Assembly: GCA_963718895.1 (NCBI GenBank)
Contig: CAVRAG010000008.1
Span: 1,088,001 to 1,152,000, forward strand
Direction of reading: 5' to 3'
Source: an uncultured Nitrososphaerota archaeon
GTDB lineage: Archaea; Thermoproteota; Nitrososphaeria; Nitrososphaerales; Gagatemarchaeaceae
DNA: 64,000 nt
Each line of letters starts with the position of its first letter. Position 1 is the first letter of the stretch. Below the pieces are notes generated by a model. It had not been told where the DNA came from. It saw only the letters and a program-made list of their open reading frames with translations, and ran no database searches. A program made the position numbers and the translations under genes. Shown here piece after piece: positions 20,000-29,440 of this stretch.

Positions 20000-21047
20000 G
20001 TGCGTACCTGAGGGTGGCGACGATCCCGCCGAAGGAGGCGACCTGCTTGCCGGTCTCGAGCGAAGAGTCGCAGAGATAGATCGTCCCGCCCTTCTGTTCG
20101 ACGGTTTTAAGCACCTGGACAACCTCCTCCTCGTCTGTGTTCCGTGCGAAGACGTCGTCGGAGACGAGGCATGACTCCACCGCCCCCGCCTCGGCCGCGG
20201 CCTTCACGCGGGGAAGCGCGTAGGCCACGCTCCCCTCGCCGCGCGCTATCCGCTTTATCACCTCCTCGACAATCGATTGAACCTTGACGAGCAGGCTGTC
20301 GCTGGCGACGCTCTTGAAGCCCTCGAACTTGAGGAGGCCCCTCACACCGTCGGCGCCGGAGAGGTCGAATCCCTCCATCAAGACGTAGCGTTTTCGCAGG
20401 TCTGGATCTGCAGCGACCCTGTTCGCGAGGGCCATCTTGGTGTGCCCCGGTCCGGCTATCGCAATCAAGTCACCTTCACGCCAGGAGTTCCTGAGCACGC
20501 CCACTATCTTCCTTAGGAAGGGCTCCGTGTCGACCTCCTGGCCGCCCTTTCCCGACGCTCCTGAATCGATGGTGGAGAGGATGGCGAGGTGGGAACCGCT
20601 CAGGAGGCCAACGCCCGCCTCCCGTCTGTCCATCGCGACCAGCAAGAAGCGCCCACCGGTCTTCCTCGCAGAGTCCAGGATGCTGGTGTAGACGGGCGAC
20701 CACTGCTCCTTCTTGAGCGTGAGGCCGAAACCCGGGGTGATCGAGACGGAGTGCTTCCCCGATGTGCTGACGCTCTCGTCGCTGGACTCCGTGATCCTCC
20801 CGCGGACGCGGAGACGGCCGACGCTGCTGTCCAGGAAGGCCTCCTCGACCAAGAGGGCTATGGTCACCTTAACTCTCTCTCCCCTGTCGGGCCGGGAGAA
20901 CTCGTCCTCCCTCTTCGAGACCCTAGAACTCTTGGTTACTATGGTGTCGCCTGGGCTGATGAGTCTTCGCAGAGTCCAGAGGTCATCCGGGAACTCCACG
21001 ACGAGAGCGCAGATTCCTTGCTTCGGGATGAACTTCGATACGATCAA
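19989..21047 (-). CDS. pelA: Pelota (Dom34) mRNA surveillance / ribosome rescue factor
   Basis: DDLWTL...PGD, GRLRVRG, AGPG, FGGIVATLRY; TTG start at 21047. Confidence 0.9.
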   Translation of the reverse strand: MIVSKFIPKQGICALVVEFPDDLWTLRRLISPGDTIVTKSSRVSKREDEFSRPDRGERVKVTIALLVEEAFLDSSVGRLRVRGRITESSDESVSTSGKHSVSITPGFGLTLKKEQWSPVYTSILDSARKTGGRFLLVAMDRREAGVGLLSGSHLAILSTIDSGASGKGGQEVDTEPFLRKIVGVLRNSWREGDLIAIAGPGHTKMALANRVAADPDLRKRYVLMEGFDLSGADGVRGLLKFEGFKSVASDSLLVKVQSIVEEVIKRIARGEGSVAYALPRVKAAAEAGAVESCLVSDDVFARNTDEEEVVQVLKTVEQKGGTIYLCDSSLETGKQVASFGGIVATLRYALRQ

Positions 21048-21057
21048 TGGGTCCAGG

Positions 21058-22341
21058 TTACTCGAGGCCCAGGTCCCTGAACGTCCCGACGCGTAGAGCC
21101 TCAGGCATATTCTTGATCTCGCCCACCCTGTGCCCGATAATCCCGTCCACCTTCGCCTTGGCTGCGGCATCGACGAGCCTTTGGGTTATGATCCCGTCGA
21201 AGATGATGAACTTGACCCCGGACTCTCCGTCGACCTTCTGGACGAGTTCGCTGATGGGGAACCTGCCCTTCTCGGCGAGCGCTTCATCGAGCAGGATGGC
21301 CTCCAGCGTCCCGTTGAGGGAGGGGAAGATCTCCGCGACCTTCTGCACCACCGGCTCCGGAGCCTGAGGTTCGGCGACCTGTTCGGGCGCCGCCTGGGCG
21401 ACCTGTGGTTCGCTGGGCTGGCGGGGTTCGCGCTGCTCGCGGGACTCGCGCGACTCACGGGGCTGCCGCGGCTCGCGCGGCTCGCGGTAGGGCCGTCTCG
21501 ACTCTTCCGACCTTTCGCCGCGGTCTGACCTCGACGGCCTCTGAGGCATGTCGGCTCTTAGAAGCTGTATGACCTCCATCGGCGTGAGGTCCTCTACCTC
21601 CTTGCCGTGGGGGGCCCTTAGAACTCTCTCGACCCTCGCAACCTGTTCAAGCTCCTTCTCGATCAGGTCACCGCCTCTGTCGCCGTCGAGTACCGCGATG
21701 AGCCTTCTCTTCCTTCCCAAGTCGATGACCGACTGCGGGATGCTCGTCCCTTCGACCGCGACTACGTTCTCTATCCCTGCCCTCAGGAAGAGTATGACAT
21801 CGGCGCGACCCTCGACGATGTAGACCATCTCGGAGGTGTAGACGCCCGGACCGGCTGGGAGGTTTTCCGTCCCGTAGCTCACGACCCTAGCCCTCTTCGT
21901 GGAGTCCTGAACGTCCTTCAGCAGATTCTCCCCCTCGCTCGCGGTCCTCGAGCCCCACTCCTTCATGATGTCCTTGGCCCTGTCGACTATCTGCTTTCTC
22001 CTCGAGGCCCTTACGTCCTCGATCGTGACAAGCTCGACCCTGGCGGAGCACGGGCCCACCTTGTCGACACTCTCCACGGCCGCCGCGATGAGGGCTGCGG
22101 TGCTGACATCGGTCGACATGGGGATGAGAATCTCGCCGTATGTCCGATCATTCTTGGACTCTAGATTGATCTCTATCCTCCCGACCTTCCAGCTCTTCTG
22201 CAGCTCGTTCAGGTTCATCTCTGGACCGAACAAGCCCTCCGTCTGACCAAAGATGGCGCCGATCATGTCGGCCTTTTCCACTACTCCATCTACTTCGAAC
22301 CTCAGTTTAACGAGGTACTTTACTATAGCCGAATCTGGCAA
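21058..22341 (-). CDS. dnaG: Archaeal DnaG-like protein (TOPRIM, exosome-associated)
   Basis: GVVEKADMIGAIFGQTEGLFG, VEGRAD, DGDRGGDLI, FDGIITQRL. Confidence 0.95.
   Translation of the reverse strand: MPDSAIVKYLVKLRFEVDGVVEKADMIGAIFGQTEGLFGPEMNLNELQKSWKVGRIEINLESKNDRTYGEILIPMSTDVSTAALIAAAVESVDKVGPCSARVELVTIEDVRASRRKQIVDRAKDIMKEWGSRTASEGENLLKDVQDSTKRARVVSYGTENLPAGPGVYTSEMVYIVEGRADVILFLRAGIENVVAVEGTSIPQSVIDLGRKRRLIAVLDGDRGGDLIEKELEQVARVERVLRAPHGKEVEDLTPMEVIQLLRADMPQRPSRSDRGERSEESRRPYREPREPRQPRESRESREQREPRQPSEPQVAQAAPEQVAEPQAPEPVVQKVAEIFPSLNGTLEAILLDEALAEKGRFPISELVQKVDGESGVKFIIFDGIITQRLVDAAAKAKVDGIIGHRVGEIKNMPEALRVGTFRDLGLE
21405..21490 (-). repeat. Degenerate 9-bp tandem repeat encoding an R-E/Q-P/S tripeptide linker in DnaG
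   Basis: Translation REPREPRQPRESRESREQREPRQP. Confidence 0.7.
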
Positions 22342-22433
22342 ATTGCATTCAACTCGTGTCAGCTAGTTATCCGAACTAACCTTAACGAGCCGAAGCAAAT
22401 TTCTCCTTTATTTAAACTCTTGGTAATGGTGGC

Positions 22434-22588
22434 GACCCGGCTGATCCCTCCCCCTGAGGGGTTGTGAGAATGGCTTCCAGAGGTCTGGGGAGCAACGCCT
22501 AGCTGCGTTCCAGACAGGCGCGTCTCCGCAGGGCGCCCCTGAGCAGGTACCGGTAGGCCAATGATTCTATCGACCCTCAGGCTGGGTC
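22434..22588 (+). ncRNA. Candidate structured ncRNA (about 155 nt), unassigned
   Basis: Long nested closing stem plus multi-way junction; G-U pairs favour the + strand; TTTATTTAAA at 22407-22416. Confidence 0.5.
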
Positions 22589-22652
22589 CGGGTCCGAGCG
22601 ATTGTCGGAAGGCATTAAGTCTGCGGTCCCCCGGCCGCCTGTGAAGTAGCGC

Positions 22653-23477
22653 ATGGCTTTCCTCTCAGTCGAAGGGGGACGGTTGTACTACGAGGCCGCT
22701 GGCTCAGGCAGGCCCCTGGTGATGATACACGCTGGCTTCCTCGACAGCAGGATGTGGGACGGCCAGTTCATGGCGTTCGCGGAGAAGAACAAGGTCGTTC
22801 GTTACGACGTGCGCGGCTTCGGTAGGTCAAGCAGGCCCGCCGAGGCCTACTCCGACGCGGAGGATCTACTCAGGCTGATGGAGCATCTCGGAATACCGGA
22901 TGCTTGCATCCTAGGCGTCTCCTACGGCGGGAGGATAGCGCTCGACTTGGCGACAGCGGTCCCGCGCAAGGTCTGCGGCCTCGTTCTGATCTCTCCCGGG
23001 ATAAGCGGGTACGTGAGCTCTGGTCCGGAGGAGACCAGGGAATGGGAGGAGTTCGAGAAGATGGAGAGCAGGCAGAACTTGGCAATCAGGCAGAAGAGGA
23101 TACGCGAAGCCGTCGGGATAGACCTTGAGATGTGGGCCTCAGCCCAAAGCCCGGCAGGGAGAAGGCGCCTGCTCCAGATAGCACTGGCCAACTCGCACGT
23201 CCACAAGAACCCCTGGTGGTGGAGATCAGCATACGCTCTGCAGGAATCTCCCCGACCTCTTGCTTTCGAGAGGCTGCCGTGGATCCGCGTCCCCACTCTG
23301 CTCATCGTGGGTGACGAAGATGTGAAGGGGATGCTGTCGAGGACCATGAGGCTGCACCGGCTCATCCCAGGCTCAGAACTCAGAATCATACGCGGGGCGG
23401 ATCATATCCCAAACATGTCTCGACCCCGCGAGTTCAACGCGGTCGTCTCCGCATTCCTGAAGAATCTCGACCGCTAG
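22653..23477 (+). CDS. Alpha/beta-fold hydrolase
   Basis: HAG, YDVRGFGRS, GVSYGG nucleophile elbow, GDED, ADH. Confidence 0.88.
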   Translation: MAFLSVEGGRLYYEAAGSGRPLVMIHAGFLDSRMWDGQFMAFAEKNKVVRYDVRGFGRSSRPAEAYSDAEDLLRLMEHLGIPDACILGVSYGGRIALDLATAVPRKVCGLVLISPGISGYVSSGPEETREWEEFEKMESRQNLAIRQKRIREAVGIDLEMWASAQSPAGRRRLLQIALANSHVHKNPWWWRSAYALQESPRPLAFERLPWIRVPTLLIVGDEDVKGMLSRTMRLHRLIPGSELRIIRGADHIPNMSRPREFNAVVSAFLKNLDR

Positions 23478-23692
23478 TACTATGATCATCGAGTTCTGCG
23501 AGACCCAAGAGTCTGTACAGCGTGGTCCGTACCCCAGAATTCGACTGCCCCCGGAACCGAGGCTCCTATCGGCTCGGTCCGGTTTCGGCCCGACCCGTGT
23601 CGGTGACGCACTGGCTGCGGCCTCGCAAGGCAGATCATCTCCAAGAGACAGATTAAGAGGAGCCGTCAGTCTGTGAAGGGGTCACCGTCTTC

Positions 23693-24784
23693 TCATCCTC
23701 CGCCGCCGCACCCGTTCGTGCAGGTGTACCAGGCATCGACGTAGGTGCCATTGGCGATCAACTGGAGCGGCCTGGTCGAGGTGGTGTTGTCCCCCCAGTA
23801 GGCGAAGAGCACGTCGTGAGTTGAGCCGTGGCACCTGTCGCAGTCCGCCGGATACAGATAGTAGGTAGCTGACGGGTTCAATCCGCTGAAGGTGAGGCCG
23901 TTCTCATCTGAGAAACCGGTCGCGACGACGGTCCCAGTCGAATCGTAGAGGGTCACCCACATCGCGGCACCCGGACCTGTGCATGACTCGTCGCAGGACG
24001 CTTGAGCGTTGACGCATGAGCTCGCAAAGCACGGAGCCCAGGTCGACGCAGGTACTCTGTGATCGTAGAGGGTTATCGTTCCAGGTCCTCCGCCGCCCTC
24101 AACACCGCCACTGCCGCACCCGTAGACGGCGGTGAAGGACGCGCTTCCACTCGTCGCCGTGAAGGGCCTCGGGTTTCCCCTGACGCCGTCTGACCAGTTG
24201 CTGAACGTGCAGTTACCGTAGCTGTCGGCCTGAACGACATACGAAGCACCTGCGTTGGTAGTGAATATTGCTGTGGTGAATCCGGTTGCCACGGTACTCC
24301 CGCCCTCAAGCAGGACTATGTAGAAGCCCGAGAGCGGATTCCCGCCCTTGTCCACGGAGTTCACCGTCACGCTCGAGCCACCGCCGCTCCCACAGTTGTA
24401 GACAGCTGTAATCTGGGTGTTGCCCTCTATGGAGATTGGTCGTGAGGGGTTTGTGCTGCCTGTGTCGGCCCAGTGGTCGAAACTGCAGGAGCCGTAGTTG
24501 TCCACCTGTACGGTGTACGACTGCCCGTCGCCTAGGGCGAACGTGGCAGGGGTGAAGCCGCTGGAGGCTAGACTGCTCCCCTGATAGAGGACTGTGTAGT
24601 ATCCAGTGAGCGAAGATCCATCCAGGTTCTCGCTCGTCACCGAAAGCTGGGATTGCGTCTGGCCGCCAGCGGGGATATGAGGCGCAACTGCCATGCAGGC
24701 CAAAGACAGGATTACGATGATGAAGAGCCCGGACGGATAGGTAGACCTCCCCAGCCGGCCCTGAGCATCAGTCGGCATGTGCAC
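23693..24784 (-). CDS. Secreted/surface protein with tandem beta-sandwich repeats and a Cys-rich C-terminal copy
   Basis: Signal-like hydrophobic stretch; repeats G(Y/F)Y.VL..G...A.GFT...F....G.SY.V..D.YG.C.F..W.D. Confidence 0.65.
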   Translation of the reverse strand: MHMPTDAQGRLGRSTYPSGLFIIVILSLACMAVAPHIPAGGQTQSQLSVTSENLDGSSLTGYYTVLYQGSSLASSGFTPATFALGDGQSYTVQVDNYGSCSFDHWADTGSTNPSRPISIEGNTQITAVYNCGSGGGSSVTVNSVDKGGNPLSGFYIVLLEGGSTVATGFTTAIFTTNAGASYVVQADSYGNCTFSNWSDGVRGNPRPFTATSGSASFTAVYGCGSGGVEGGGGPGTITLYDHRVPASTWAPCFASSCVNAQASCDESCTGPGAAMWVTLYDSTGTVVATGFSDENGLTFSGLNPSATYYLYPADCDRCHGSTHDVLFAYWGDNTTSTRPLQLIANGTYVDAWYTCTNGCGGGG

Positions 24785-24927
24785 CGATTGAAGCGCCCCA
24801 GGGTTTCAGAAGAACTCAAGGAGTTCTATGGAGAAGGGTTCTGACACGGCCTTCCATTCTGTGCCTCCAGAATCCTGTCAGCCCGGAATTTCTCAGCTCC
24901 CGAGCCGGTTTCCCGAGTCGGGTCCAT

Positions 24928-25380
24928 CTACTTCTCTATCCACTCGGACTCCCCGTCTTCGTAGACCTCCTTCTTCCTCAGGTGGCCCTCCGGCTTGAAT
25001 CGGCTCACCAGTTCCTGGAGCGCCGAGAAAGTCTCAGGGCGAGCCCTGCCAGCAGCTATCACCATCACGAGCACCTCTCCCGGCCGGAAACTTCCCTCAT
25101 AGTGATAGATCAGGGCGACCTGCAAGCCGAACTTCCTCTTCACCTCGGCGCATATGCGACGGAAGGCCTTGGCCGAGTACTCGTGCTCGGTCCCTATCTG
25201 AAGTTCCTCGACCTTCCTGCCTGCGAACCCAGGGGACTTCGCCAGGCCCACATAGGTGGCGATGGCTCCGGTGGCGTCCTCGGTGACCTTGAGGACCGCG
25301 CCCATGATCTCTTCATAGCTCAGTGAACCTTTCCTGTAGACGCCGGAGGCTGGAAGTTTGGGCGGATTGTCTTTGGGCAC
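24928..25380 (-). CDS. moaE: Molybdopterin synthase large subunit
   Basis: GAIATYVG, H..G...PGE, R...F, KKEVYEDG...W; GTG start with an AT-rich box about 25 nt upstream. Confidence 0.78.
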   Translation of the reverse strand: MPKDNPPKLPASGVYRKGSLSYEEIMGAVLKVTEDATGAIATYVGLAKSPGFAGRKVEELQIGTEHEYSAKAFRRICAEVKRKFGLQVALIYHYEGSFRPGEVLVMVIAAGRARPETFSALQELVSRFKPEGHLRKKEVYEDGESEWIEK

Positions 25381-25546
25381 GGGCGCGGCCGTTCCCGGAA
25401 TCTCTGATATAGATTCCCCTCCGACAACCCCCCCCCCGACGCCAGATCTGGAGGAAGCTGAGGGTCGGACGCGATTGGCAGAGCGGCCGATGAATCCACA
25501 AGCGGCTGCGCACGCCGGACAAACCGCGCCGTCATCGCAAGAGCCC

Positions 25547-25969
25547 TCAGGTCTTCGTGGTGAGGGCAATGATTTCAGGGACCGTGGGCGCGAAGCGCGC
25601 AAGGTTCTCCACGTGGAGGAAGGTCCCGTGCGAGGCTTTCAGGAGACGTCTCCTGTGGGTCAGAGAGGTCTTCACGCCCCTCAGGGCGAAGAACCCCGCG
25701 TACCTTGCGGCGAGCCTCCTGCCTTCATCATCAAGGTCTGTTAGGATGATCGCGAGCTTGACCCGGCGCAGGGCCGCGGCCGCCCTCTCGGAATGGAGGG
25801 CTGCCTTCGTGAAGATGGGCCCGTTGTATCCGAGCCCGGTGAGCGCGTCCCGGTCGCGTTTCCCCTCAACTACGACCGCCGCGCCATCTTCGGCGAGTGC
25901 GTTGAGCTCGCAGACGAACCCTGTGAGGAACTCGATGAACTCTTGGAAGCGTCTTCCAGGGTCGACCAT
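25547..25969 (-). CDS. Small TOPRIM-domain protein (RNase M5-like)
   Basis: VVVEGKRD and LTDLDDEG motifs. Confidence 0.85.
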   Translation of the reverse strand: MVDPGRRFQEFIEFLTGFVCELNALAEDGAAVVVEGKRDRDALTGLGYNGPIFTKAALHSERAAAALRRVKLAIILTDLDDEGRRLAARYAGFFALRGVKTSLTHRRRLLKASHGTFLHVENLARFAPTVPEIIALTTKT

Positions 25970-26324
25970 GTCTATCGCTATGTGGCCCGCCTCTGAACAG
26001 CTCGACTCATCTCCCGGCTTGTAGCCGGCATCGGCAAGCCTCTTTAAACGGGCCGAGCGTTTTCAGCGTCAGTCGCATAAAAGTCTATCCAGCGGGAGGT
26101 GGCTTCCGCCTGTCGCGCGACTGGGTAAACCATCCGTTCATCAAAGCATTATTGGTGCCTTCGCGGGTGGCCGTTTTTCGCGCGTTCCGACGGAAGCCGT
26201 GCGCAATCCCAGAATCCTGGTTATAATAGATTGCAGTGACGGTGAAGTCACGAGCCCGGCTCCCCAGCGGGGTCTCTGGTGGTCAAGCCCCGGTCGCCCT
26301 GGTCCGGGCGAAGAACCGAAGCAC

Positions 26325-27950
26325 CTAGAAGAATCGTGTGAGGTCTATCTCGAAGCCCGCGACCGGGACGTCGAGTCCGAACGCGGCAACCGCCGACGGC
26401 TTCAGCTCGCCCACGTATCCAATCCCGGTTCCGTCCACCACGACTTCGGCGCATCTTCCCTCTGCGAAGGCCCAGTGCTGTGCGATCTTCGTCTCGATCC
26501 CGAGGCCGAGGTGCTCTCGCACAAGGGCCTCGAGGTACGTCTTCGCCTCCGAGAAGGAGGACGAGGAATGTGCGACGACCGCGGCCAGACGCGGCACCTC
26601 GACGATATCGGAATGGGCCCTCACGAAGACGCGGCCGACTTCGAAGACCCTCTGAGGATAGGCCGCCTTCACGTTCCGTGCGAGGGTGGTCATAAGCGAG
26701 GGAATGATCGAGTCGCGGAGGATGTGATGCTCCAGCGTCCTCGGATTCTCAACCTCTATCCTCAGGTCCTCAGGTCTCGAGAACTTCTCGTACAGCGAGA
26801 TGGCGTCCACCAGGTCGTAGTTCATCGTCTCAATGAATCCGGCCATCGCCACCGATTCGGAGACCCCGTCGAGAGCGGAGTTCACCCGGGCGAGCCGACC
26901 CGGTTCTTTGCTCGCAGGGTAGAGCGGTTCTATCCTGTCTAGTCCGTATCCTATGGCTACCTCCTCGGCCAAGTCCACAGCATGTATGATGTCGACCCGG
27001 TATCGCGGGATAAGGGCAATGCCGTCGCTGCCGAGCCCGAGCCTGCTCCTCCCGAGGCAGTCCTTCATCTCGGACTGACTCAGGTCCAGGCCCGTCATCC
27101 TCGCCGCCAGCTTCCCGTCGAACCTCATCTCCATCGGGGACAGGTCGGGCGTGATCCTCGACGAGTCCTTGTACTCCATGCGCACGGACTCTACCCTGCC
27201 GCCGGCGTCGGCCAGAGCAGAGCAGATTATCGCGAGCGCTTCCCCGCCCACCCTTTCGTCGGTCGAGGTCACGTCGATGAAGAGGTCCCTGGTCGTGGTG
27301 TCGACCTTCGTCGAGTTCCCGTTGATGATCGGAGGGAACGAGAGGACCGTGTCCTTGGAGTCATAGAGCATGGGATACACCGCCGCGCCTCTGAGGATCG
27401 GCCCGTAGACTACGCCTGTCTCGGTCTCCCGGAGTATCTCTCCCACTGTCATCTTCTTCGTCGAACCGAGCGGAGCGAACTGGAATGATTCGGGGACCCC
27501 CTTGTAGTGGAGCGGTGGCCTGATCGCGTCGAGGTTGTGCAGTCCTATGGCGGCCTTCTTCCTCCTCCTGCCGATGCCGTTGTGCAGATCCTCCTGCATC
27601 GAGATCAGCTGTCTGACCGTCTCGTCGTCCAACCTCAGGCCCCGTGCCACCGCGCCGGCGATCCATGGGCGAACCTTCGCAAGATTGGCGTCCGCGATGA
27701 CCGTGATCGACCCCTCCGCGACCTGGTAGGTGGGGAGCCCGACCTCCGACCCGACGAGGCCCCTGAGCGCTCTTGCTATACCGTAGTCGGTCGAGAAGTC
27801 GGCCCTGTTCGGGTTGTACTCGATCCTTACCGAGTCCGCATCCACGCTCTCGATGTCCAGGCCGAGGAAGGGAAGCCTATCCAGGATCCTCTCCTGGGAG
27901 AGGCCTGTCATCTTGCTGAGCCGGTTAAAGTATATCTTCAGAACTGGCAA
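26325..27950 (-). CDS. pheT: Phenylalanine-tRNA ligase beta subunit
   Basis: NPNRAD, QEDLH, SFPPIIN, DLAEEVAIGYG, VFEVGRV. Confidence 0.95.
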   Translation of the reverse strand: MPVLKIYFNRLSKMTGLSQERILDRLPFLGLDIESVDADSVRIEYNPNRADFSTDYGIARALRGLVGSEVGLPTYQVAEGSITVIADANLAKVRPWIAGAVARGLRLDDETVRQLISMQEDLHNGIGRRRKKAAIGLHNLDAIRPPLHYKGVPESFQFAPLGSTKKMTVGEILRETETGVVYGPILRGAAVYPMLYDSKDTVLSFPPIINGNSTKVDTTTRDLFIDVTSTDERVGGEALAIICSALADAGGRVESVRMEYKDSSRITPDLSPMEMRFDGKLAARMTGLDLSQSEMKDCLGRSRLGLGSDGIALIPRYRVDIIHAVDLAEEVAIGYGLDRIEPLYPASKEPGRLARVNSALDGVSESVAMAGFIETMNYDLVDAISLYEKFSRPEDLRIEVENPRTLEHHILRDSIIPSLMTTLARNVKAAYPQRVFEVGRVFVRAHSDIVEVPRLAAVVAHSSSSFSEAKTYLEALVREHLGLGIETKIAQHWAFAEGRCAEVVVDGTGIGYVGELKPSAVAAFGLDVPVAGFEIDLTRFF

Positions 27951-29440
27951 TTTGTCTCCTCCTCAACCAATCAAGGTCGTTGTTGTAGAGCTCCCGAATG
28001 TCCTCTAACCCGAGTCGCAGCATTAGCAATCGCTCGAGCCCGCACCCCCAGGCGATGACGGGCTTCTTGACACCAAGAGGCTGGGTCACTTCCGGACGGA
28101 AGATACCCGAGCCGCCCATCTCCAGCCACTTCCCTACCTTCTCGTAGTAGACCATGACCTGCATCGAGGGCTCGGTGTAGGGGAAGTACGAGGGCCAGAG
28201 CTTGACGCCGCTCATCCCCAGCTTCCCGTAGAACCTCGTCAGGACTCCCATCAGGTGCCGGAGGTTGAGCCCCTCCCCGATCACGATTCCCTCCATCTGG
28301 TGCAGCTCTGCGAGGTGCTTGTAGTCCAGGTTCTCGTTCCTGTACACCCTGCCGACGCTGAAGACACGGGTCTCCCTGTCCCCCGAATCCATGGTAGCCC
28401 TGATGGTGAGAGCGGTGTTGTGGGTCCTGAGCACAAGCCGCCGAGCCTCCTCAACGTCCCACTTGTACCTCCAACCCTTGCTCCCTGTCTCGCCCCCGTT
28501 CTCGTGCGCGGCAGCGACCCGGTCGACGTGGTCCTTCCTCTGGAGAGTCCCGTCCCTGCCGCCCTTGATGTAGAAGGTGTCCTGAAGCTCCCTTGCTGGG
28601 TGGTCCTGAGGAGTGAAGAGTGCATCAAAGTTCCAGAAGGAAGTCTGTATCGAGTTCCCGGCTATCTCGACGAACCCCATCGAGAGGTAGACCTCCCTGA
28701 CCTCGTTGATGAATTCCTTTACCGGGTGCCTTCTCCCCGGGAAGAAGCTGGCCGAGGGAGCCCTGACGTCGATGGGCCTGAGCTTCACGGCGGCTCCGGA
28801 GGACCTGATGGAGGCGAGCAGGTCGGGAGTCAGCTTCTCCACATAGGGCTCGGTCTCCGCCGAGGAGAGCGCTTCCAGGCCGGCCTTGGTTATCGTCACC
28901 GTCGTGACCCTGGAGTCCTTGCGGACCACGAGGCCTCGCTTGAGGAGGTCCACGATGAGCATCCTGAATTCAGGTCCGACCTTCGACTCCTCCACACCTC
29001 CGGCAAGCTTAGAGAGCAGGCCCCGAAGCTTCTTCGCGCCCGCGGGGTCCTTGATCACTACAATGGGGCCGCCCGGCTGCTGGACGATCGATACCCACCC
29101 CATCGACGATGCGCGGCCCAGAGCCGCGGAGAACTCCTGGTTCGACTTGAACTGAGCCTTCAACTCCGACATCGGGAGCGAACCCTTGGCCTCTTCGAGC
29201 TTGCCCACGATTAGGAGTTCTGGAGGTTCAGCGTTCGTCGCGACCAGGTACGAACGTCGACGTCTCCTGGACCATCAGGAGGGCCTTCGAGCTGAGCCAG
29301 CTTAGGGAGCGTCTAATCTGGTCTGGAAGAAGGCCCGTTGATTCGACGAGCGAGTCGAAGTCGAAGGTCTTGCCGGAGCTCAGGCCGTAGAGGACCTTCC
29401 TCTCGATGGGATGGAGCGGGGTCTTCTCGGCTTCGCTCAT
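27925..29440 (-). CDS. pheS: Phenylalanine-tRNA ligase alpha subunit (frameshift near 29245)
   Basis: FWNFDALFTPQDHPARELQDTF, LRTHNT, YFPYTEPS, GCGLERL; N-terminus MSEAEKTPLHPIE in another frame. Confidence 0.93.

Noticed and set aside
24928-25602. N-terminally extended MoaE (224 aa)
   Set aside because: The extension is low-complexity, overlaps the upstream gene, and lies upstream of a TATA-like box and the GTG start at 25380.
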